Origin: Mizuhopecten yessoensis
Lineage: Eukaryota
NCBI RefSeq assembly: GCF_002113885.1
Contig: NW_018406103.1
Coordinates: 1,045,661-1,109,660 of the forward strand
Length of the DNA stretch: 64,000 bases
Reading direction: 5' to 3'
Position numbers and translations under genes: made by a program. The notes under the pieces were generated by a model that had not been told where the DNA came from, searched no databases, and saw only the letters and a program-made list of their open reading frames with translations. Position 1 is the stretch's first letter, and each line of letters starts with the position of its first letter. Positions 36,901 through 48,000 of the stretch are shown one piece after another.

Positions 36901-39900
36901 GAGTCAGTGGAGCCTTAATATAAGTCGTACATATAAGATGAAGGACTTTGTATGGCTTCGACCTCACACAAATCCATACATACTGAAAACCTCCCCTTGA
37001 ACTTTCAAACCACGTACAGTTTACTCTCAGAAACTACAGAACGCATCTGCTTGAACAAAACTTAACATCAGATGGAAATGTGTTGGCGTAACCAATACGT
37101 CTTAAGGGGAAATATAAAGTTTGTTCAAATTAGTTGTTTATGGTTGCTAAAACCACTGTGCAAAACCTTGTCAAAATAGGCTGAATTTCAATTTCCATTG
37201 TCGGAATCGCAGATTGGTCATTTTGAACTGAAATGTATAAATATCACATTCTTTATAAAAGAGATGTCGACTGATTTCTTTCCTTTTGTTGAACATGCAG
37301 TATATTGTTGTGACAGCTGTCAGATGATATCAATCGGGAATATTGCGTATACACAAATCGTACTCCGTAAGTTATTGTTTGGTTTGAATTTGATTGAGAC
37401 AATGCTCATTGTCTAAGTTAGAATAACAAATTGGGTAGTCTTTATCATAGGGATTTTCTCCCTAAAACATGTAAAATTACGCTGAACACCTTACTTTAGA
37501 TCCAAATATAGCGGTAACAAAATATCAGGTCCCTGTGGTCTATCTAACACCTGTAGCCTGTTTGTCTATACATGCACGGGATTTAACAAGCAGAGGGTAT
37601 GTTTTAAACATTGTTAACATATTCTTCATCTCCTGGCGTCAAAGTTAATCTAAAATTATTGTTAACGGAGAAATGGTCTTTGAATAGATCGCTATACATA
37701 TGCATCTGGTAGTGTATCAGGCATGACGGTAAATACTCTCGTTCATGTGACCGAATGAACCCATATAATTTCATTGAGGTCACAATAATCTATGTTCATG
37801 CCGTACAATACCCATTTTAAATGTTAAATATACACTTTATTACTTTACAACAATGATGAATCATAAAACCCTCTTTTTGGCTCGGATGAAAGTGAGTGGG
37901 GGTCTTAATTTGGGAAGACTGATATAACTGGAAGTCATTTTTCCGCGCCCTCAGCCTCGTTTTAGATTCAATATTATATATGGCCGTCGCCTGCGATAAG
38001 AGTATTTCTGTCCTTTCTCAGATTTCTGTTGAAATTCCTTAGCATGAAAACTGCGATAATATCGTCTCGTGAATATAATATAAATTTAGATATTAAACAA
38101 ATACTAAAATGATGTTGTATGTGAATTCGTTGCAGATTGTTCCACTATGTTAATGAGAACCATCTCTTTACGAAACCTACGTACTCCGCTTTCATCGCCT
38201 TGCTTGACAACTTCGACAAAAACACAGCTCATTCGGAGCATACGTCATCGACGGAAACTGCCGAAATTGACCGATTCATTACGGAAGTGATGAAAACTTC
38301 GGTGATGTCGGAAACTTATAGATTTCTGCATGGCAAAGGTAACTGGAGAGTTGTATTGCATTCCGACAGAGCAATAAAACATTCATTAAGGTAAACTGTA
38401 CCAACAAGTCAGATCATATTATTACCATTGTTACCTTTCAAAAGACACATTCCATGAAAATCACATGTTACCATACATGTTGTTAGAAATTTGATTATTT
38501 GAAAAGATAAAACAAAAACAAAACAAAACCATAAACATTGCAAGGCTCGAACTCAGAATCTAAACATTACACATTACACCAATGTTGCCAGTTTCAAAAA
38601 GTGTGTCCAATTTAAGGACCAAAGATCATATTAGTAACGTATCAGTAGACGGTACTCTAACCTTGATAAACAAGATCGGCCAAATAATTAATGAATCTAA
38701 TAATTATAACTGGTATTGTCTCTTGATTGGCTAAGACGATCATTTCAACATTAAATGTAATTTGTAGAATACATACCCCCTAGACCTCTTAGTATTACAT
38801 AATAAATGAGTATCTAAAAAAAAAGAATTGTAAATATTCTAATTATTGACCCATAAAATTATGCTGCCGTGTAATACATCTAGGTGAAGTGGAATATATA
38901 CATACAGTAAAACCCCACTTCCTCGAACTCGATTTACTCGATTTCTCGTTTACTCGGTTACCCCTCATTCGTCGAACAGTTCGTTTGGTCCCGACCGAGT
39001 TCGTACATATTCTTTGTATATTCCTTGAATACCCCGTACGAGTTCGAGTTAGCGGGGTTTTATTGAATATGTATTGCAATTTAGTATTTAGCGGTTGTAA
39101 TTAACTTAAAGTTTGTCTTTACAATATGTTTGACCTATTTATTATAAGGCTACACCACATCAACGACCGCCTTCCGGGATACGTTAAAGAGCATATGGTT
39201 TACCCAGTATTCTCGATCCGGAACTTCCCACGGAAGTAACGGATTCGAGCACGTGTTCGTCGGAGAGACAACTAGCACAGATGTTTCCGGTTTCCATAAC
39301 TGGATTCAATTCTACCTCGAGGAGAAACTAGGGCACATCAATTATCTTGGCTACATCTACTCCAATCAGGTAACTTCGATTTCACGTATACCTACGAGCA
39401 GACAAATCGAGTTATGAAATGGACTCTATCTTTGTATTTGATATCCTTGTCTCAATTATGATCCTCTTAATTTATTTAAACTGCTTAAGGTAGAAAGTTG
39501 GTATGTCTTTTCGGTATAACATCTCGGAAGTTGAAAATAATGTTGATATTTCCGTTTGGTCTACAGCCTCGAAAGTTGAAAATAATGTTGATGTCTCTGT
39601 TTGTTAGAGAGTAACGGAAGTTTGGGAAAAACTTGTTTTGTCTGTTTGAACGTTGATATTTCCGTTTGATCCACAGTCCCGGAAGTTGATAATAATGTTG
39701 ATTTTCCCGTTTGTTCCACAGCCTCGGAAGTTTATGGTAATGTTGATTTTCCCGCCTGTTCCATAACTCGGGAATTCTATGGTAATGTTGATTTTTTTCG
39801 TTTGTTCCACAGCCCCGAAATGTGATGGTAATGGTATTTTTTCCGTTTGTTTCGCAGCCCCGGAAGTTGATTGTAATGTTGATTTTTTAATTTGTTCCAC

Positions 39901-42169
39901 AGCCCCGGCAGTTGATGGCAATGTTGATGTTTCCGTTTTTTCCACAACCCCGGAAGTTGATGGTAATGTTGCTTCTTCCGTTTGTTCCACAGCCCCGGAA
40001 ATTGATGGTAATGTTGATCTTTCTTTTTGTATCACAGCCCCGGAAGTTGATCGTAATGTTGATTTTTTTCGTTTGTTCCCTAGCCCCTGAAGTTGATCGT
40101 AATGTTGATTTTTCCGTTTGTTCCCTAGCCCGGGAAGTTAATTGTGATGTTGATTTGATCGTTTGTTCCACAGCCCCGGAAGTTGATGGTAATGTTGATT
40201 TGTTCTTCTTTCCACAGCCCCGGAAATTGATGGTAATGTTGATCTTTCCGTATGTTCCACAGCCCCGTAAGTTGATCGTAATGTTGATTTTTTTTCGTTT
40301 GTTCCCTAGCCCCTGAAGTTGATCGTAATGTTGATTTTTCCGTTTGTTCCCTAGCCCGGGAAGTTAATTGTGATGTTGATTTGATCGTTTGTTCCACAGC
40401 CCCGGAAGTTGATGGTAATGTTGATTTGTTCTTCTTTCCACAGCCCCGGAAATTGATGGTAATGTTGATCTTTCCGTATGTTCCACAGCCCCGTAAGTTG
40501 ATCGTAATGTTGATTTTTTTTCGTTTGTTCCCTAGCCCCTGAAGTTGATCGTAATGTTGATTTTTCCGTTTGTTCCCTAGCCCGGGAAGTTAATTGTGAT
40601 GTTGATTTGATCGTTTGTTCCACAGCCCCGGAAGTTGATGGTAATGTTGATTTGTTCTTCTTTCCACAGCCCCGGAAATTGATGGTAATGTTGATCTTTC
40701 CGTATGTTCCACAGCCCCGGAAGTTAATGGTAATGTTGATTTTTCCGTTTGTTCCACAGCCCCGCCCCGGAAGTTGATCGTAATGTTGATTTTTCCGTTT
40801 GTTCCACACCCACAGAAGTTGATGATAATATTGATCCTTCCGTTTGTTCCACAGCCCTGGAAGTTGATGTTAATGTTGATTCGTTCGTTTTTTCACAGCC
40901 CTGGAAGTTGATTGCAATGTTTATTTGTTCGTCTTTCCACAGCCCCGGCAGTTGATGGTAATGTTGATCTTTCCGTATGTTCCACAACCCCGGAACTTGA
41001 TGGTAATGATGATTTTGTCGTTTGGTCCACATCGACATCCCTGGAAGTTGATGGTAAAGTTGATTTTTCCGTTTGTTCCACAGGCACGATGGTTGATGGT
41101 GATGTTGATTTTCCCGTTTGTTCCACAGCCCCGGAAATTGATGGTAATGTTGATCTTTCCGTATGTTCCACAGCCCCGGAAGTTAATGGTAATGTTTATT
41201 TTCCCGTTTGTTCCACAGTCCCGGAAGTTGATGGTTATGTTTATTTTCTCGTTTGTTCCACAGTCCCGGAGGTTAATGGTAATGTTGATTTGTTCGTTTG
41301 TTCCACAGTCCCGGAAGTTGATGGTTATGTTTATTTTCCCGTTTGTTCCACAGCCCCGGGAGTAGATGGTAATGTTGATTTTTTCGTTTGTTCCACAGTC
41401 CCGGAAGTTAATGGTAATGTTGATTTGTTCGTTTTTTCGACAGCCCCGGAAGTTGATAGAAATGTTGATTTTTTCGTTTGTTCCATAGCCCCGGATGTTG
41501 TATTTGATGTTGATTTGTTCGTTTTTCCATAGCCCCGGATGTTGATGGTAATGTTGATTTGTTCATTTGTTCCATAGCCCCGGAAGTTGATGGTAATATT
41601 GTTTTGTTCATTTGTTCCATAGTCCTGGAATTTGATGATAATGTTGATCTTTAAGTTTGTTCCGCAGCCCCGGAAGTTGATGGTAATGTTGATTTTTCCG
41701 TTTGTTCCACAGGCCCGGGAAGTTGGATGGTAATATTGGATTTTTACCGTTTGTTGCACAACCCCGGGAAGTTGGTGGTGATGTTGATGTTTTCGTTTGT
41801 TCCACAGCCCCGGAAGTTGGTGGTGATGTTGATTTTTTCGTTTGTTCCACAGCCCCGGCAGTTGATGGTAATGTTGATCTATTCATTTTTCCACAACCCC
41901 GGAAGTTGTTTGTAATGTTGATTTGTTTGTTTGTTCCGCAGCCCCGGAAGTTGGGTGTTCACTTTACTTGGTATAATAAACCCAAACCCTTGACCACCCT
42001 TCTGGTCGGTACCAGTCCGGAGTTTGACCTCGCCGTTTTGACAACCTGTTTCTTGGTCCGGAAAAACACCAATTGTCACTTCGATATGGCGGGAAACTAC
42101 CTCACGGTGAAATCCTATGACGTCAGCTATGTCCATGGTGATCAAGTGGCTACAGCCTATTTTAATTAA
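33939..42169 (+). CDS. ENDOU: Poly(U)-specific endoribonuclease (EndoU/XendoU/PP11 family) with signal peptide, 287 aa; exons 33939-33990, 36282-36441, 38136-38338, 39149-39369, 41942-42169
   Basis: Five exons in consistent phase (1,2,1,0; 864 nt). Motifs IWNDDTN, LFHYVNE, PTYSAFIALLDNF, catalytic GFEHVFVGE and SGFHNWIQFYLEE, WxxxxK...GTSPEFD, C-terminal VATAY. The N-terminus MAGRNSSILILISLYLHSSSFVLG is signal-like. Confidence 0.92.
34965..35995 (+). mobile_element. 5'-truncated non-LTR retrotransposon (CR1/L2 group) 3' end in EndoU intron 1
   Basis: IQIDAARIVTGLP / EIGWVPLRTRR / FPSTTKIWN / HCRLRNRASSLN / CGNPCEDSYHF are typical of the post-RT region of LINE ORF2; AATAAA near 35987. Confidence 0.75.
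35514..35703. mobile_element. 190-bp palindromic MITE nested in the LINE; inverted partial copy at 34600-34740
   Basis: tattccgtctttgcgtattgc...gcaatacgcaaagacggaata termini; CACC direct repeats on both flanks. Confidence 0.8.
38902..39066. mobile_element. TACAGT-terminated (Tc1/mariner-like) MITE; related fragments ~31440-31512 and ~32040-32110
   Basis: tacagtaaaacccc...ctcgaactcg / cgagttcgagttagcggggttttattg inverted ends. Confidence 0.6.
39500..41953 (+). repeat. ~45-bp minisatellite (~54 copies) consisting of the EndoU intron 4/exon 5 junction; includes a ~226-bp higher-order repeat at ~40030-40720
   Basis: Unit atggtaatgttgatttttccgtttgttccacag|ccccggaagttg. The last copy supplies the real acceptor (AG 41940-41941) and the first four codons (PRKL) of exon 5. 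Confidence 0.93.
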
Positions 42170-42342
42170 AAAGATATTATTTAAAATGTTTTGTAGATAC
42201 AGTGTGAATTTGTATTTATCTATTTGTTTATTTATTTACCCCATTGGAGAGCAGACAGGAAATGAAATAAATAAATGTGCTCATTCATTCATTTATTCGT
42301 TCTTTTAATTTTATTCATTTAACAGAGGTCATCATTATTGCA

Positions 42343-42410
42343 ATGCCTCCGCTAGGAGTCGAACCCGGGACCTCTGGTTTACTAGTCTTACACTCTACCG
42401 AATAACCTTA
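42343..42410 (-). mobile_element. tRNA-derived SINE head (Thr-AGT-like loop ctagtaa)
   Basis: Minus strand ggtagagtgtaagactagtaaaccagaggtcccgggttcgactcctagcggaggca; degenerate D and anticodon arms. Confidence 0.55.
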
Positions 42411-43648
42411 GAGAAATTATCCCTAACCTAGTCGGTAGGAAGCAGCTAGTACTTTACCAGGGTGACATTTATTTAGCTGTTTATATATTTATTTAAGACA
42501 ACGCCAAAAAGAAAGAGCAGATACGAAATACATGAAATAGAGGTGTTGATTTATTTATCTAAATAATTATTTAAGACAACGCGAAAAAAAGATTGTGTTG
42601 GCGGGAAAGGAAAGAAATAGAAGTTCTATTGTTATCAATTCACAAATTATGGTAATGTAAGGGATTACAATTTATTTTTATTTTTTACATTTTTTAAATC
42701 CGTTCTCGAAACAATGATAATCCGCATTTTCTTTTAACAAGGAAACCTTCATCCTCGCATTATTTTACGTATCAATAGAAGGATTAATAATATCATAAAT
42801 CCAATTAGGAAACAATATTTTGATATTAAAGTTTATATGTTTGCAAACGTGAATGTCCTTGCACGCTGTAGAGAACTTGATCAAGGACACCTATTACATT
42901 CTAAGATATATATTACTTTTTGTAAAGGTGATATATTATTATTTACGTTAAATTACGAATGGAAGAAATTGGAAAAACTACATTATGTTGCATTAACCCT
43001 GTCTTTTGTCAATTTATATTTATCAATATATATTATATTATATTATCAACAACTTTGTCATGTCCATATAACCACATACACATCGAAATAAAATTCCTTA
43101 ATTGATATATAAGCCGGGAAAAAATACTTTACTCATAAAACATGAGAAAAATAGGGAAAAAATGTATACGTAGGTAAGTACTACATTTTGCAGAAAGCAT
43201 TGTGACGTTAAAATTGTTGATTTGCTGTTTCTTAAAATAGTTAAACCGAATCAATATCACAAATCGCCGAGGATCCAACCATAGAGGATGTAGGAAATAT
43301 GTGCGGCATCTTAGATTCCTTAATCATAGCACATATTTACATTGATTGTTTATCCGAAGATTCTATACTTATAATTACATATGTTGTAAAAAACAAAATA
43401 AGAAATAGATGTGTGGAAAAATGCTTATAATCACATATGTGAAACTCGCTAAACATTCTAACACACCGTCCCATTTCTGTGTCTGTTCCCCCATTTTCTC
43501 TCATTCTGATTTTTTTCTTTTCTATGAACGTCTTATCTGTGTAAGTTATTTTACTTTCCTTGTCCTATTCTGATATGATCTGTTCCAGACTCTTTCATAA
43601 ACAGATATAATCTAAGTGTTGCACCCCCGAACCCTGAAGCCTCCCCCC

Positions 43649-43792
43649 NNNNNNNNNNNNNNNNNNNNNNNNNNNNNNNNNNNNNNNNNNNNNNNNNNNN
43701 NNNNNNNNNNNNNNNNNNNNNNNNNNNNNNNNNNNNNNNNNNNNNNNNNNNNNNNNNNNNNNNNNNNNNNNNNNNNNNNNNNNNNNNNNNNN
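43649..43792. other. Assembly gap (N run) between poly-C tracts
   Basis: Run of N. Confidence 0.99.
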
Positions 43793-45024
43793 CCCCCCCC
43801 CTGAAGTAAACCTAACACAAACATTTTAATTATGACTTGGACACACTCCATATTTTACCGTGATAACATTGCAGTCTCATTTCTAAAATTTTCTCTTAAA
43901 AAATACACTGCTCGTGAATTTTAAACATCTTGGCAGATATAATTATACAGCAAAGTAGGTATTTAAACTTAAATGAATATTTCGGGGATAATTTCGCAGT
44001 GGTTTTTGTTAAATCTATAAAATCATATTTATATTCTAAGTATATAGGATGATGAGGAGGTTTTTTTCTAATTCTTGATACTTGATAGGTCAATCTTGTG
44101 GTCGACACTGTACTTTTAAAACTAAAATACATATCATTTATATATAATATTTGTTTTACCTTCTTTTGTTCTTTTTATTTATTTGTTCTTTTTATTTATA
44201 TATTCTGTCACGGTGATTCTGTATAGGAAACAGAATACTTTTATTCAAGTAAAAACAAACGTCATATAAAAAGACCAGGTTTGAAATAAATCATGATAAT
44301 TTAAGTAAATGTCAATTTAAAATTATAATGTTTGATAAAACTTCCGAGGTAACCTAAAATGTTATGAATATGTTAAACTATAGCTCATTAAGTGACACAA
44401 ATGTAGCTCTAATGACACGAGTTACATTAAACGAAATTATCGGTAGAGAATAAAATGTCATATAAATCAGAATAGATATCCAATTATCCAATGTTTGCCA
44501 TCCAAATAGTTCCAACATTGAAAAAAAAGAGTTAACACTTTTCTCGCAGAAATGGTGTCACTTTCGACATGAATATTTCAGTTGAGAATGAGGAGTATTT
44601 CACGTCTCTACTACAACAAACTTTATCTCAGTCCGTCTCTAATGATCACTGCTTTGTCCGAAATCCCTGAATGTTTTTACTCGGAGACAATTAAACTGTT
44701 TCAAAAGTGTCCCGTTAATCAATTACAAAAACACAGTAATCAAAACATTACCGGCCCGGTTGGTCGTGAACCCTGCTACGTCACAGGTCAGAGGTGACAC
44801 AGGTGAATCGAAGATGTCCATTTCACGTTCTTCACGCGCGAGTGAAATGAGTTCACTGTGCCAACGGGAAACTCAGCGACTGAAAAAACAAGGTGTCAAT
44901 CGGGGTTACATATACAGGCGAAAATCGTTGTTTATTTACATTTCTGATTCTCGACGAATTTGGATAACATCGTTGGAATTCTTCTACTTTAACTGTTTTT
45001 ATAAGCGATCAACAAAGACACAAC

Positions 45025-48000
45025 ATGGGAAAGAGGAAGAGATGCAATGAAAACGGCGAAGAAGTTATGACCGACTTACCTCCATCAAAGCTGGCTTTTA
45101 CAGGTTAGTGATCATTGTTAGCACAATATTTCAAATCATATTTATTGTTACCGTATGATGTTGTGAGTTTCATGCATTTATTGTTTTGGGTTTAATACAT
45201 TTAAATCCAACAAGATAACACAACAGTAGGATTTGCATTTCATAAATCATGTCGTCTTGCTTCGATTTACAGAACATTTCCGTATTTCAACCTTACCCAA
45301 GTTTCCTCTATATATCGGAATAAAACCTCTGTGTGGTTGAAATGAACGATTTGTAACACATTAAATACTCTTATATTAAGATAATATATGTCTAATCTCG
45401 GTTTTTCTGTTTCCAAACAGATTTTTTTTTATACTAATAGTAAACATTAGCAGAGCGCCCTGTAATAGATCATTTTTTAAAGTGTTCGGGTCGGCCCAAA
45501 CGCTATTTAGCTAAATATTTGCAAATAAACCTTATTTTAGTATGCTTTGAGGTAAAGTTTTATTTATTCTATTCTATGTATCTATCTTTTTTTACTAATT
45601 TTACCCCTGTGACCGTGATTTATTTCTGCTACGTTTAAACTTGTAATTTTAGCTTAATTGTGACCAAATGTTCGTTATTAAAAATCATTTGCATCATGAA
45701 CAAAGTGCGTATTATATACTGATGTAAATAAACAAAATCAAAGCAATTTTGAATATGTTTTGTTCCCAAAATAGTTGTAATGTAATGTTTAAAATTCTTC
45801 ATCAAATTAACTCGATGAAAATATCGCTGAGCAAAGTGAAACTATACCCGTTTCGTCAAATAATATGTCACAACAACAGTTTTAATGTGAAACTAACTTA
45901 TTTGTTTTCGATATGTTCAAGTTCTTTATTACCTTGGGTCTTTTGACCCATCGGTTTCAAAAGTAAGATTTATTTACAATATCTACAGAAAATACAATAC
46001 AATACAATACATGCAATACATACAATACAATACCAGCAATGTACAAACAGTATGGAGAGTGTAACAAATTAAGTTAATTGGTTTCTTCTTACATTTGCCG
46101 CATTTATATATTTGGACAAATTGACAAGTTCTATTGTGTTATTTACATTAAATAGATTTATCATTTTAAACATACTTGAGTTTTTTACATAGTACTTTTG
46201 CAAAAATTTAACACGCAAATCCGAATAACATGGACATTTCAACATAAAATGAAACTCATTTTCAACGTCATTTAAATTACATACAGTACACACTCTAAGA
46301 CTACGCTCAATATTTTGATATCTACCTTTTTCTATATTTAGATTATGAGCAGATAACCTAATTTTTGTAATCTCTTTCAAATATTCTCTAGATAATGGTA
46401 TTTTTTTCGACATGCATTCATAACTGAAAACAAAGCCTTTCTTCCCTGATCTGCAATTTTTTGTTGTGTTTTTCTAAATATTCCATTGTAATTTAGTAAG
46501 ATTCCTAGGTAGTTAAATCCGTTTACAATTTCTAGCTGACGACCATTGTATTTCCAACATTCATTATTTCTCAAAATACTCCATTTCGAAACACAAGCAT
46601 TTTTGTTTTATCCGTATTGACTGTTAGATCCCATTTTTTCGTGTACGATTCTAAAAAGTTTAACATATCTTGCATACCCTCTGGCGTTTCGGAAAAAATC
46701 ACCATATCGTCTGCGTACATCAAAGGGAACAAATTCAGTATTTGAATTTCTATCGACTGACAGTTGTCAATTAAAAATTGCATTTCGCAATCATTAACAT
46801 ATAATGTAAACAATAATGGCGATAAAATTTCACCTTGAAACAATCCATTTTCACAATTGAAATAATTGGATAATGAACCATTATGCTTAACACAACATTT
46901 AGCACTACTATACAATGACCTTATTAGCTTTAATAATCTCCCATCAATGCCTTCTTTTATCAATTTGAACCACAAGTTTTGTCTATTGACGAAATCAAAA
47001 GCCTTTGTAAATGTAATATGTAAACAGTTTATAAATTTATGGTTCGGAGGTATGGGGACATAATCCTTCGATAATTGGAAAATACTGGAGAGGTTTTGTA
47101 ATAGGTAATTTTGTGTACGTGAAAACATACCTAAATTAACGATAGAGTAAAGTCTTGGACGATTTCCATTGACTATTATAAGAAAATTAGAGTCCTTCAA
47201 TATTTATGAAAAAATAAGCAAAAGAAGAGAATTGAGCCTACTATAACAGCAATGGACACAGGCAAATGCCCATATATCCAGATCAGTTGTATCGCCAGCC
47301 TCTAATCTGTCGCCCCGACAGTTAATATTATAATTTCATTATTTTCAAGTTCATGGTTGGATAACATTCTGGTTCTCCAAAGTGCTTATCAAGCCGAGCT
47401 TTAAGATACAAGACTATTCTTCTAACGCCGCATACCAGAAACATACAAACATAAGCACAGTAGAGATATTTCTACGACAAACGAATTGCATATTATCCAC
47501 TTATTCCGACAGTATAACAATCCGAAGTCTAGGGTTCGAATCCCGGTCTGTTCCTGACGAATTTTACACACAGAACAAAGTTGTTAATTATATTTTGTTG
47601 ATTTTATTTTTTTACTCTGTTTAGTCATAAAAGTCCATAAAGGTATGTTTTTCTTTTACAAACAAGAAATATCAAATCTATAGTCATGCCGAGAAACAGT
47701 ATCCAAAGCGTAGTTACAGCTTTTGGCTATACTACGGAGATGCTTGATTATTTATTTTCCGCGTCACCCGAAATATTAACTCGTTTTTAAATTGCATGTA
47801 ACTTTCAATAGCCCAGTGCAGCATACTACTTATATCTGTTAATGCGTTTGTTCTATCTTCAATACGAGTTGAATTTCTATATTTCACTGACAGGTATTTA
47901 TTCCATAAAATGCAGGGAAATACTTGATATTTAAGAATCATCCTGGCTAAAATTCAGTGCTCTCGGTCCAAAACCATCTATTAACACCCAGGATATAGAT

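Noticed and set aside
39604-41915. Many overlapping repetitive ORFs (STLPSTSGAVEQT, VCSTAPEVDGNVD) resembling mucin or antifreeze proteins
   Set aside because: Translations of the 45-bp intronic array in several frames and on both strands, broken by frequent 1-bp indels.
39500-41953. CRISPR-like appearance of the regular repeats (also 4878-6790)
   Set aside because: No unique spacers, no cas genes, and a eukaryotic intron context.
47282-47320. Possible extra Fox exon (ccag|atcagttgtatcgccag...)
   Set aside because: Weak pyrimidine tract and donor; exon 1 already joins 48600 in frame.
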